A DNA stretch of 64,000 nucleotides from the NCBI GenBank assembly GCA_033763315.1, contig JANRKS010000032.1, forward strand, positions 591,589 through 655,588, in the 5' to 3' direction. Under the pieces are notes generated by a model. That model saw nothing but the letters and a program-made list of their open reading frames with translations, ran no database searches and was not told the origin of the DNA. Positions 41,495 through 51,153 of the stretch are shown piece after piece (positions within the stretch are counted from its first letter, which is position 1; every line of letters starts with the position of its first letter). A program made the position numbers and the translations under genes. Source of the DNA: Deltaproteobacteria bacterium (lineage in GTDB: Bacteria; Myxococcota_A; Polyangia; Fen-1088).

Positions 41495-42859
41495 ATGAGA
41501 AACATTTGTTCTTGGCTCGTTAGTCTTTCGCTGGGCTTGGTTTGGATTGCCAACGCGCAGGCGCAAGAAGGGCCAAACCCCGACGCGCCAAGCCTGCCGG
41601 AGCCGGCCGACGAAGAGGCCGTTGAGGGCGATCGCTTCTCGCAGCTTGAGGAACAAATCGCGGAGCTTAAGGAGAGGGTTCGGCAAGGTGAGGCGGAACG
41701 GCAGGTCGCTTCGCCACTTACCATCAACGGCTACGTTGACTTCGGCTTCTTCGCACCCATGGGCAACAACGGCGTGGGCTATACGCGTGATGTGGCGAAT
41801 CGGCAGTTCCCCCAATACCGTCCCTTTGCGTGGACTTTCTTGGGCGACATCCTCGGCAGCACGATCAACTCGCGTGGTGAAGCGGCCGACTTGGGCGACG
41901 CGCCTGGCGTCGATCGCTTTGATAGCGTTAATTCAGACGGCGCTGCGGGCTTCATTGCGAACGAACTCAATATGCGCATTGGATATGCGCTGTCGGAGAA
42001 CGCCATACTGCGCACAAGCGTGAACTTCATCCCGCGCAGTGGGAACCAGGACTTTAGCCTCGGGGATTTTGTGGAAGCGGACATTGCTGAGCTGGAGTAC
42101 GTCCTGACGGAGGATGGCAACACGTCTCTGTTCGTCGGTAAGATGCTTCCTGTTTTCGGGATTGAGTATAAAGATCGAAAGTCTGATCAGCGATTTGGTG
42201 TGACCCCGTCCCTCATATCGCGTTACACGACGGGACCACAGCTCGGCCTGAAGCTGCGCAGTAAGCTGCTGAACGACTGGGTCATCTTGGCGGGGTCCGT
42301 CACAAACAACTCATCCACCACCGAGCAGTTCGACTTTTACCGCGAAATTGATCGCAATAACTCGAAAACCCTCAATGGCCGTGTGGCGTTGAGCGCGCCA
42401 CTTCTGCACAACCGGCTGGAGCTTGGATTTTCAGGTGAGTGGGGCGCGCAAGATAAGGACCGCAGCGGCGGACGTGAGATCTGGTTCTTGGGCGTCGACC
42501 TGCAGTACTTGGGCACCAGCGTGTGGCTTAAAGCGCAGGCCATGCGCGGAGGCGCGCCAGGCACCGCAGATGATCGTGTATGGGGCCTGAAGTTGCGTAA
42601 CTCTGGTTATGTTGAGGTTGATTGGATGTTCTTGCCGCGCGTGGGTACCATACTGCGCGCCGAGCTTCGTGACGCGTTTGTCACGTTGGGAACAGAGCGC
42701 GCCTACTTGACGAAGCAGATGCGCTTTACAGGTGGTGCTCGCGTTGTGCTCAATGAGCATATGTTCGTGAAAGCGGAGTACTACTACAACCGCGAGTATG
42801 GTGGTGTAGAGCAGTTCAGGAACAACATGTTCACGAGTTCGTTGGTGCTCGCGTATTAG
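41495..42859 (+). CDS. Putative outer-membrane porin / beta-barrel
   Basis: Signal peptide; short coiled coil; INGYVDFGFF; alternating strands; C-terminal FTSSLVLAY beta-signal. Confidence 0.75.
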   Translation: MRNICSWLVSLSLGLVWIANAQAQEGPNPDAPSLPEPADEEAVEGDRFSQLEEQIAELKERVRQGEAERQVASPLTINGYVDFGFFAPMGNNGVGYTRDVANRQFPQYRPFAWTFLGDILGSTINSRGEAADLGDAPGVDRFDSVNSDGAAGFIANELNMRIGYALSENAILRTSVNFIPRSGNQDFSLGDFVEADIAELEYVLTEDGNTSLFVGKMLPVFGIEYKDRKSDQRFGVTPSLISRYTTGPQLGLKLRSKLLNDWVILAGSVTNNSSTTEQFDFYREIDRNNSKTLNGRVALSAPLLHNRLELGFSGEWGAQDKDRSGGREIWFLGVDLQYLGTSVWLKAQAMRGGAPGTADDRVWGLKLRNSGYVEVDWMFLPRVGTILRAELRDAFVTLGTERAYLTKQMRFTGGARVVLNEHMFVKAEYYYNREYGGVEQFRNNMFTSSLVLAY

Positions 42860-42878
42860 CACGCTTGTCAGATTTTCT

Positions 42879-42910
42879 GAAAAAACGCCGGGAATACTCG
42901 GCGCTTTTTC
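42879..42910. terminator. Possible bidirectional terminator after the porin
   Basis: AAAAAA-CGCCG...CGGCG-CTTTTT. Confidence 0.55.
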
Positions 42911-43241
42911 GTTCTTGTGTTGGTTCTGCGTGTGTTTGGTTGATCCCGCGGTGCGCGCGTGTGCCGCGGTTGTTGAGATCTGTGCGGCCATCTTACGTGC
43001 GTCGTACATGTCTGAGGTTTTATTGGGTCATTTTTTGTCTGGGCCTGGATTTATGCGTTTTTCGCGGGAAAACTTGAAATCCGTGAGCCGGGCGAATAGC
43101 GATCGCAGTTTTGATCTGCGATCCAAGATCGAAACGGTCACTTTGCTTTTGCAGCTTTTTTGTTCTGTCACTCAATGGCTCTGTGCAATCCGACGACACT
43201 TGCGGGGCACCGAGAATTGGTCACGGTGAATGGAGGAGATC

Positions 43242-44600
43242 ATGTTTTACGAACGACGCTCGCTACGAAGTACGTTGCCTGCCCTTGGATTGGTTGCGAT
43301 TGCGACCGCAGGCGCTTGCGGGCAAGAAGACGGCAAGAATGGGTTAAGCGCGGAAGAATGGGCAATGGTGCAAGAGATTGCACCGTACTCGAAGCCTATG
43401 CCTGCGAATCCCTTTAACCACCGCGATCAGGATGTGGCGGTGGCAAAGCTTGGACAGATGCTGTTCTTTGAGACGGATGTGTCAGAGGCTGAGCCGCTGA
43501 CCGTGGATAGCCCCTTCGGTAAGAAGGGTGACAAGGCCAAGATCGGCTGCGTGACTTGCCACGATCCTGCACGCTACTTCGCGGATGCACGTCCAGGGTC
43601 CTTGTCTTTGGGCCGCAATGGATACCTCAGGCGCAACACGCCCACGATGTTGAACGCCGGCTATTACAACTGGGCCGGGTGGACAGGCCGTCATGATTCT
43701 TTGGTCATGCACGGTGCCGGCGTATGGAGCACGTCTGCCTCTGCCTTGTCTTACGCGCATTACGTGTATCGCAAGTATCGCGATGAATACAACGCGGTTT
43801 TTCCTGCGACGCCGCTCGACCCCGCGCTGGATCCGCTGGCGCCGGACGCCGCTCGCTTTCCGATGTCCGGTGCGCCGAAGGCCAATGCCATGGCGGCGGA
43901 TGGGCCTTGGGAAAAGATGGCGCCTGAAGATCAAAAGATCATTCAACAGATCCAATACAACCTCGGTCGCATTTGGGACACATACCCTCGCAAACTCACA
44001 ACTCCGAACTCACCCTTTGAGCGCTTCACAAAGGGCGATGAGAAGGCTCTCACCCCCGAAGCCAAGCGCGGTCTGCGTCTGTTCATCGGAAAAGCCGCTT
44101 GTTCGGATTGCCACAGTGGACCCACGTTAAGCGACAATCAGTTCCATAACATCGGTGTGGCAACGAACATGCTTGCCACGGCAGCAGACGTGGGGCGGTT
44201 CGCAGATCTTGCGGCTTCGTCGACCAATGTGTTTGGCGGCGCAGGCCAGTTCAGCGACGATCCTGCGGCGGCCGCTGCCAAGAATGCAACCGTCGTTCAA
44301 ATGGATATGACGATGATGGGCGCCTTCCGCACGCCTGGTTTGCTCAGCATTGAGAAGACGGGACCATATTTTCACTCTGGGGAGTTTCCCACGCTGGAAT
44401 CGGTGGTGCGCTTCTACAACGTGGGCGGCGGTGACAAGGCTGGTGATGGCGGACCCGGCACTTACGCGGGAACCAAAGACGTTCGCCTGCGTCCGCTTGG
44501 GTTAACGGAGCCTGAGATCGCCGATCTCGTTGCCTTCTTGAAGAGCCTCACGGGAGATCTTCCTCCGCTTGAGTGGACGCAAGACACCGCGAAGCATTGA
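43242..44600 (+). CDS. Di-heme bCcP/MauG superfamily lipoprotein, atypical
   Basis: RBS GGAGGAG; lipobox AGAC; LGQMLFF; CVTCH; RRNTPT; WTGR; CSDCH; FRTPGL; GPYFHSG; LVAFLKSLTG. Confidence 0.9.
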   Translation: MFYERRSLRSTLPALGLVAIATAGACGQEDGKNGLSAEEWAMVQEIAPYSKPMPANPFNHRDQDVAVAKLGQMLFFETDVSEAEPLTVDSPFGKKGDKAKIGCVTCHDPARYFADARPGSLSLGRNGYLRRNTPTMLNAGYYNWAGWTGRHDSLVMHGAGVWSTSASALSYAHYVYRKYRDEYNAVFPATPLDPALDPLAPDAARFPMSGAPKANAMAADGPWEKMAPEDQKIIQQIQYNLGRIWDTYPRKLTTPNSPFERFTKGDEKALTPEAKRGLRLFIGKAACSDCHSGPTLSDNQFHNIGVATNMLATAADVGRFADLAASSTNVFGGAGQFSDDPAAAAAKNATVVQMDMTMMGAFRTPGLLSIEKTGPYFHSGEFPTLESVVRFYNVGGGDKAGDGGPGTYAGTKDVRLRPLGLTEPEIADLVAFLKSLTGDLPPLEWTQDTAKH

Positions 44601-44707
44601 ACGGTTGCAATGGATGCACCGACCCGTGCATCAAGAAGAAGGGGCGCTGTTCGGCGCCACTTCTTCTCTTTCTAGGTGGGTCATGTCCCAAACAGCAAGG
44701 AGATCAA

Positions 44708-46111
44708 ATGTACAAGCCATCGTGGGTTCTCTCATGCGGCGTCTTTTTGGTGGGCTCTGGTTGCGGTGCCCTCGATCCAAACGCCGGCGATCAAGAGGAA
44801 CCAAAAGCACAGTTGCAAAACTATGCTTTGAGGCAGAACGAAACGTTCAATCTGGCAGGCGCGGCAGAAACAGCGCACACATCCGGTGTGATCGACACAT
44901 CCAATCCCTTCTTCTTGGTCAGGGGCACCAACCCTCGCACCTGCGAGACGTGCCATGCAGCAAGCCAAGGGTGGACCATCTCTGCGATGGGCGCTGCCAC
45001 GAAGTTCTACTTAAGCGATGGCCTCGATCCCCTGTTCAATCTGGTAGACACCGGCAGCCGACCTGACGCCGATGTTTCGACGTCCCAGGCACGTCGTGAT
45101 ACGTTCGATTCAACGATCGACCGAGCCGTCATTCGCTTCACACGCACGATCAACCCAGCCGCCGAGTTCGCGGTGGCGGCGGTGAGCGATCCAAGTGGGT
45201 TTTCCGATACCACCCGCGTGTCGGCCTTCCGCCGTCCTTCGCCAACCGCCAATGAATCCAAGGTGCCCAACACCGGCTGGGCAGGTGGCCCTGCGACCGC
45301 GGGTGTTCCGGCGGCACTTGCGGCGACAGCGGTTGGGGCGACGCGGCTGCATGGGCAGCGGGTTGAGCCGTTGTCTCCTGAGGATGCGGCCGCCGAACGC
45401 GATTTCATGTTCGGCGTAATCTTCGCACAATCATACGATTGGCTGGCAGGTCGCCTTGATGCCGACGGCGCGCGCGGTGGTGCCCAGAACTTGATGGCGC
45501 AACCATTTTACGAAGGCATCAACGACATCACGGGTGGCGATCCGCAAGGGCATCCATTTAACCGAAAGGTCTTCAACATCTTCGATGCCTGGGAAAATGA
45601 ACAACCCAGCCCGACCGTTAGCCCTTGGCAGGCCGCCGCACGCGCCTCGATTTATCGTGGGCAGGAGCTGTTCAATTCTTACGAGTTCACTGTGTCCGAC
45701 GTCAAAGGTCTAAACGACGTTCTTGGGCAACCCGTAGCAGCGGTCACATGCAGCACGTGTCACAACACACCGAACGTCGGCGGCCACTCGGTGTTCCGCC
45801 AGTTTGACATCGGCAGTGCGAACGAAGAAAACTGTGGCGCGGCTTTGCCTATCCTCACGCTGCAAAACAAAACCACCGGAGAAACGCGGAAGGTTTGCGA
45901 CATGGGCCGCGCGACAGGCAGTGGCTCGTGGAATGACATTGGTAAATTCCGCGCTCCACCTTTGCGTGGCCTCGCTGCCCGCGCTCCCTACTTTCACGAC
46001 GGCCAAATGGGCACCATCTGGGACGTGGTGCAATATTATGACAGGCACTTCTCCATGGGGTTGTCGACGCAACAGAAGCTCGACTTAACCGCTTTTCTGC
46101 GCGCCCTTTAG
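44708..46111 (+). CDS. Second di-heme c-type cytochrome lipoprotein with bCcP-like C-terminus
   Basis: RBS AAGGAG; lipobox GSGC; CETCH; CSTCH; GKFRAPPLRGLAARAPYFHDG; DLTAFLRAL. Confidence 0.85.
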   Translation: MYKPSWVLSCGVFLVGSGCGALDPNAGDQEEPKAQLQNYALRQNETFNLAGAAETAHTSGVIDTSNPFFLVRGTNPRTCETCHAASQGWTISAMGAATKFYLSDGLDPLFNLVDTGSRPDADVSTSQARRDTFDSTIDRAVIRFTRTINPAAEFAVAAVSDPSGFSDTTRVSAFRRPSPTANESKVPNTGWAGGPATAGVPAALAATAVGATRLHGQRVEPLSPEDAAAERDFMFGVIFAQSYDWLAGRLDADGARGGAQNLMAQPFYEGINDITGGDPQGHPFNRKVFNIFDAWENEQPSPTVSPWQAAARASIYRGQELFNSYEFTVSDVKGLNDVLGQPVAAVTCSTCHNTPNVGGHSVFRQFDIGSANEENCGAALPILTLQNKTTGETRKVCDMGRATGSGSWNDIGKFRAPPLRGLAARAPYFHDGQMGTIWDVVQYYDRHFSMGLSTQQKLDLTAFLRAL

Positions 46112-46126
46112 TCACACGGCCGAAAA

Positions 46127-46170
46127 CACAAAGACGCCGGGCCATCCAGATGTGGCTCGGCGTCTTTGTG
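46127..46170. terminator. Long hairpin between convergent genes
   Basis: CACAAAGACGCCGGGCCA-8 nt-TGGCTCGGCGTCTTTGTG. Confidence 0.7.
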
Positions 46171-46187
46171 AGCGTTGGTGCTGACGT

Positions 46188-47507
46188 TCAAGCCCGGTCG
46201 GCGGCGGTGCCGCGCCCGATGGCATAGTATGCAAAGCCCGCCGTTTGCAGTTCTTTGGGACTCCAAATGTTGCGGCCATCCACGATGACCGGTGTGCGCA
46301 TCAACGATTTGATGCGCGCAAAATCGGGGCGACGATATTGATGCCACTCGGTGGCCAGCACCAACGCGTCGGCGTCTTGCAAACATTCATAGTTGCCCAC
46401 CTCGAAGCGCACCTTTGTTCCCAACACCTTTTTCGAGGCGTCCATCGCCACGGGATCGGTGACGATCACTTCGGCGCCCGCCGCCAACAACTGATCGATC
46501 AACACAAAGGCCGGCGCTTCACGGATGTCGTCCGTCCCAGGCTTAAAGGCAAGGCCCCACACGGCGACGCGCTTGCCTTTCAAGTTGCCTTTGAAGTGCT
46601 TGAGGACCTTTTCGCCCATGCGCTTTTTCTGTGTGTCGTTGACCTCAACCACGGCTTCCAGAATGCGCAGGTGGTGCCCAGCTTCGCGGCCCGTGCTGAT
46701 ACAGGCACGCAGATCCTTCGGGAAACAACTGCCGCCGAAGCCCGCGCCCGCGTACAGGAACTTTGGACCGATGCGGTCATCAGATCCCATGCCCTTGCGC
46801 ACAAGTTCAATGTCCGCGCCCAGGATGTCGCACAGGGTCGCCAGATCGTTCATGAACGAGATGCGCGTGGCCAACATCGAGTTGGCGGCGTACTTCGCAA
46901 GTTCCGCAGAGCGCCGATCCATTACAAGCATGCGATCACGTGATCGCGTAAACGGCGCATACAAGGCTTCGAGCGAAGCGATCGCTTTGGCGTCATCGCT
47001 GCCGATGATCACGCGGCTTGGCTTCATGAAATCCGAAACGGCGTCGCCTTCCTTCAAGAATTCGGGGTTCGATGCAACCGCAAAGGGCTGCGTTGCCACT
47101 TCGCGCATCAACGCCTCGATCCGATCACCGGTGCCCACCGGCACCGTGGATTTGGTCACCACCACGGCCCAGCCTGTGAGTGACTTCGCTGCCGTTTCGG
47201 CCGCCTTAAAGATGTATTGAAGGTCGGCGGACCCATCGGGGCCGGGCGGCGTGCCCACCGCCAACACGATGACCTCCGCCCCCGCGACGCCCGCAGGTAC
47301 ATCGGTGGTGAACGACAGTCGTCGCTCTTGCACGTTGCGCGCCACCAGATCTTCCAAGCCAGGCTCGTAGATCGGGAGCTGGCCGGCCTTGAGCGTATCG
47401 ATCTTACTTTGGTCGATGTCGCAACAGACCACATCGTTGCCCATGTCGGCAAAGCCCGCCCCTGCGACCAGTCCTACATACCCTGTTCCAATGACACAAA
47501 CTTTCAT
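46188..47507 (-). CDS. ugd: UDP-glucose 6-dehydrogenase
   Basis: IGTGYVG, KSTVPVGT, NPEFLKEG, GFGGSCFPKD, GLAFKPGTDDIREAP. Confidence 0.96.
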   Translation of the reverse strand: MKVCVIGTGYVGLVAGAGFADMGNDVVCCDIDQSKIDTLKAGQLPIYEPGLEDLVARNVQERRLSFTTDVPAGVAGAEVIVLAVGTPPGPDGSADLQYIFKAAETAAKSLTGWAVVVTKSTVPVGTGDRIEALMREVATQPFAVASNPEFLKEGDAVSDFMKPSRVIIGSDDAKAIASLEALYAPFTRSRDRMLVMDRRSAELAKYAANSMLATRISFMNDLATLCDILGADIELVRKGMGSDDRIGPKFLYAGAGFGGSCFPKDLRACISTGREAGHHLRILEAVVEVNDTQKKRMGEKVLKHFKGNLKGKRVAVWGLAFKPGTDDIREAPAFVLIDQLLAAGAEVIVTDPVAMDASKKVLGTKVRFEVGNYECLQDADALVLATEWHQYRRPDFARIKSLMRTPVIVDGRNIWSPKELQTAGFAYYAIGRGTAADRA

Positions 47508-47613
47508 GCGCGGGGGAACATATCATAGGGTCGGCCGCTCGAAAGGGAGGCAGACGCGCCAGCCGGTGGCATTTTCGTGTGAAATCCGTGCCATCTGGTA
47601 CTGTGAAACTGTC

Positions 47614-48621
47614 GTGCAAGTCATGCTGCTTGCGGCCGGGCGCGGAAGCCGTCTGGGGGCTTTGGGGGCCGCCCTCCCTAAGCCTTTGGTGCCAATATGC
47701 GGTTATCCCCCGATCGCGTACGGGTTAAGCCTGTGCCGTGACGCGGGTTTGGCCCACGTTGTCGTCAACGTCCATCATCTGAGCGAGATGATTGAAGACG
47801 CGGTCGGCGATGGCAGTGCCTTCGACGTGCACGTTCGCTTTTCCTTCGAACGCGACTTGTTGGGCACCGGCGGTGGCTTGGTGGCCGCGCGGCGCTTGTT
47901 TCGCAGCGAGCCGGTGTTGGTGATGAACGCGAAGGTGGTGGCGGACGTTGACCTCAAATCCTTCATCAGCGCGCACGCGGCGGGCGGGCCTGACGTTGTG
48001 GCCACGATGGCCTTGCGTCCGGCGCCCGCTGGCAGCGCGTTTGCGCCGGTGGAGGTTGATGAGGCAGGGCGTGTGGTGGCGATACGCAATGCGCGGGGCG
48101 CGTATAAACCCGTGGGCCAAGTGCGCGCGATGATGTTCACGGGCATTCACGTGGTGACCACGCGTTTGTTGGATCGCTTGCCACGCCAGGGCGAATCGGA
48201 TGTGATCGGCGACGCGTATCTGCCGGCGCTGCAGATGGGTGAGGTGGTGCGCTTTGTTGAAGTGCCAGGATACTTCGAAGAGCACTCAACGCCGGAACGT
48301 TATTGGCAAGGCAACATGGCGCTGTTACGGAAGCCAGCGCTGATCTCAAGCGCGCCGGGTCCACTGGTAGGCGCGGACCCGTCGTGCATCATTCACGCAA
48401 CCGCCGATCTGCACCCGCCCTACCGTATATGCGAAGGCGCACTCATTGAAGCAGGCGCCGTTGTGGGGCCGAACGTTGTGGTGGGTGCGGGTGCCACGGT
48501 GCTGCGCAATTCGCACCTCTCGAACACCATCGTGTGGCCAGGCGTGGTGGTGGATGGCGAAGTGACGAACGCCGTGGTCACCAAAGACGACGTGGTGCCG
48601 ATCGCTCTCAACGATGATTGA
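47614..48621 (+). CDS. Sugar-phosphate nucleotidyltransferase with hexapeptide-repeat tail
   Basis: LAAGRGSRL, PKPL, LGTGGG, FTGIH; C-terminal left-handed beta-helix repeats. Confidence 0.88.
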   Translation: MQVMLLAAGRGSRLGALGAALPKPLVPICGYPPIAYGLSLCRDAGLAHVVVNVHHLSEMIEDAVGDGSAFDVHVRFSFERDLLGTGGGLVAARRLFRSEPVLVMNAKVVADVDLKSFISAHAAGGPDVVATMALRPAPAGSAFAPVEVDEAGRVVAIRNARGAYKPVGQVRAMMFTGIHVVTTRLLDRLPRQGESDVIGDAYLPALQMGEVVRFVEVPGYFEEHSTPERYWQGNMALLRKPALISSAPGPLVGADPSCIIHATADLHPPYRICEGALIEAGAVVGPNVVVGAGATVLRNSHLSNTIVWPGVVVDGEVTNAVVTKDDVVPIALNDD

Positions 48622-48769
48622 TTCTGCCCCTAACAGTTGACGATCGTCCAAGCGCGATGAGTCAGATACGGAACTTCGTTTGCGGCACGACGTTCCATCG
48701 GGCGGCGCCCCGAAGCAAATTCAAAAAGAAGCTTCCCATCGCGGTTCTGCTTTCGCACAATGCGATGAC

Positions 48770-50545
48770 ATGGATGGCCCCTTCGATGCTGCTTTTGCTG
48801 CCTTCGACCCGAAACAAAACTACGATGCCATCGTGGTGGGGTCGGGCGCCGCCGGCGGCACCGCCGCATATGTTTTGACCTCGCTGGGGCTTCGCGTGCT
48901 TGTACTCGAGGCGGGCGAGCGAAAGAATGTAGACGAAGAGCTTCGCTCGACACAGTGGCCCTACGAACACCTACGCAGAGGGGCCGCGCCCTATAACGAA
49001 CACGCACTTAACCGCAACGAATATGATCTGCAGCGCCCGCCTTACGCTGCAAGCTTCGCCGAACCTCGTGTCACGTCGTATTTAGGTGGCAGCGACTACC
49101 GCACGCGGTTGTTGGTGAACGAGCGTGACAATCCCTATACCGGGACCCCTTTTGCTTGGGTGCGCGCGCGCCTTTTGGGAGGCAAAACGAACATCTGGGG
49201 GCGCTTGGCCTTGCGGCTTTCGGATCTAGATTTCAAGGCGGCCAGCCGTGATGGCTACGGACAAGATTGGCCGCTCTCTTACAAAGACATCGCGCCTTAC
49301 TACGACAGGGTGGATCGGTTTTTGGGCGTGGCTGGCTATGCGGAGTTACTGCCGCACATGCCCGATGGGCAGTTTCAGACAACGCCGCGCCTCACCAAAG
49401 CAGAGTTGCATCTGCGGGCTACTTTGGCGCGGCTGGGTCGAGTGGTCACCCCTTACCGCGCCGGTGTTACGACCGACGGTCTCGCTCACAATAAGTACCG
49501 CAGCCGGTGTTTGCGCCGCGGGGCCTGCCATCGCAAAGGCGGATGTGACATTCATGCCGCGTTCGATTCCACCACGGGCTATTTGTTCCCCGCCCTGGAA
49601 ACGGGAAAGCTGACGATTCGTTGCAACGCAACCGCTTACGAAGTCACGGTGGATCCACACACGGGCAAAGCGCGTGGCGTGGCGTTTGTGGATTCGCAAA
49701 CGAAAAAAACATACGAGGCGCGAGGACAGACGGTGGTGCTGGCTGCCTCAACGCTTGAGTCCACGCGGTTGCTCCTGTTGTCGCGATCACGACAGCATCC
49801 CAATGGCATCGGCAATTCCAGCGGGCACGTGGGCCACAACTTTTGTGAGCACTTGATGGGACCGAAAATCGTGGGAGTGATGCGAAGCCAAGCAGGTGCT
49901 CCACGCACGCGTGATGATGGACGGCCTGGCGGGTTTTATATCCCTCGGTTCCAGAATGTGGATTCCAAGCATCATGGATTCCTGCGTGGTTACGGTTTCG
50001 AGGGCGACAGCGGCAGCGCCATGCTGCCCCGCTCAATGTCGTGGGCAAAAGGCTTTGGGAAGGCTTACAAGAAAGATGTGCGGGATTACGCAGGTGCGTT
50101 CGTCTCTATGGGTGGGTTCGGTGAAGTGTTGCCACAGTTTGAAAACGGCGTCAGCCTGGATCCTGCTTTGAAGGACAAATGGGGTATCCCCGTGCTCCGT
50201 TTCAGGGTCAAGTTCGGGGATAACGAGCGCGCCATGGCGAAGGATATGGAGGCGCAAGCGCGCACTATGTTGGAGGCGGCCGGCATTGAGGTTCACGAAA
50301 GCAGCAGCAGCCTTTTGCCAGCGGGTTGGTCAATTCATGAGCTTGGAACAGCACGGATGGGCAATGACCCTCGCACTTCGGTGCTCAACCCATTTTGTCA
50401 AAGTCACGACGTTAAGAATCTATTCGTGATGGATGGCGCAGGGTTTGTGAGCGCTGGTTCACAGAACCCCACGTGGACCATTATGGCCTTGGCGTGGCGC
50501 TCAAGCGAGCGCTTGGCCGAGGAACTTAGGAAAGGCAACCTATGA
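48770..50545 (+). CDS. GMC family flavoprotein (glycoside 3-dehydrogenase-like)
   Basis: VVGSGAAGG, LGGKTNIWGR, DWPLSY, IHELGTARMG, QNPTWTIMALA. Confidence 0.92.
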   Translation: MDGPFDAAFAAFDPKQNYDAIVVGSGAAGGTAAYVLTSLGLRVLVLEAGERKNVDEELRSTQWPYEHLRRGAAPYNEHALNRNEYDLQRPPYAASFAEPRVTSYLGGSDYRTRLLVNERDNPYTGTPFAWVRARLLGGKTNIWGRLALRLSDLDFKAASRDGYGQDWPLSYKDIAPYYDRVDRFLGVAGYAELLPHMPDGQFQTTPRLTKAELHLRATLARLGRVVTPYRAGVTTDGLAHNKYRSRCLRRGACHRKGGCDIHAAFDSTTGYLFPALETGKLTIRCNATAYEVTVDPHTGKARGVAFVDSQTKKTYEARGQTVVLAASTLESTRLLLLSRSRQHPNGIGNSSGHVGHNFCEHLMGPKIVGVMRSQAGAPRTRDDGRPGGFYIPRFQNVDSKHHGFLRGYGFEGDSGSAMLPRSMSWAKGFGKAYKKDVRDYAGAFVSMGGFGEVLPQFENGVSLDPALKDKWGIPVLRFRVKFGDNERAMAKDMEAQARTMLEAAGIEVHESSSSLLPAGWSIHELGTARMGNDPRTSVLNPFCQSHDVKNLFVMDGAGFVSAGSQNPTWTIMALAWRSSERLAEELRKGNL

Positions 50546-51153
50546 GTTCGAAATCGATTCGCCCGCTTCGTCGCGATCTAGGCGCCGTGGCCTTGGTGGC
50601 GGCTGGCCTTCCCCTGGTGCGGATTCGTAAGCTCCACGCAGCGGAAGCTCCCACCGCTGGTGCCAGAGCAGGTTTTTTCTCACCACACCAATTGTTAACG
50701 GTTGAACACCTGGCGGAGCAGATCATTCCGCAGGATGAACATTCGCCCGGTGCGCGTGAAGCCGAAGCCGCGCAAACGATTGATCTCTATTTGTTGGATC
50801 TAAACCCACGCAACTCCGATCACGTCAAAAGACGTGCTTTGTGGAAGCGAGGACTCGTCCACATTGATAAAGATGCCAACGCGCGCTTTGCCAAGCCGTT
50901 TGTAAAGCTGAAAGCAGACGATCAGTATGCGTTGCTAAGCACGTGGGCTGACACGCCAACCACTGATCCCTTGCGCTCGGCTTTCTTCGCGGAACTCAAA
51001 GCGCGCGTGGCTTGGGCCTACTACACATCTGCCGTGGGAATTCACCAAGACATGGGATATCTGGGAAACACGTACTCCTCCGACTTTGAGGGTGAGGCAT
51101 TGGGCCCACCCCTTGGGATCTTGTTCAAACAGATGAAGGACGAAGCGCCCTGA
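50542..51153 (+). CDS. Gluconate-2-dehydrogenase subunit 3-like Tat protein
   Basis: LRRDL Tat-like signal; QIIPQDEHSPGA; YYTSAVG. Confidence 0.82.
   Translation: MSSKSIRPLRRDLGAVALVAAGLPLVRIRKLHAAEAPTAGARAGFFSPHQLLTVEHLAEQIIPQDEHSPGAREAEAAQTIDLYLLDLNPRNSDHVKRRALWKRGLVHIDKDANARFAKPFVKLKADDQYALLSTWADTPTTDPLRSAFFAELKARVAWAYYTSAVGIHQDMGYLGNTYSSDFEGEALGPPLGILFKQMKDEAP

Noticed and set aside
43110-43130. FNR-like box upstream of the di-heme genes
   Set aside because: TTGATCTGCGATCCA has the wrong spacing and second half-site, and is part of a hairpin.
44573-44707. Cys-rich N-terminal extension of the second di-heme ORF
   Set aside because: Overlaps the upstream gene end and a hairpin; ATG 44708 has an RBS and gives a proper lipoprotein signal.
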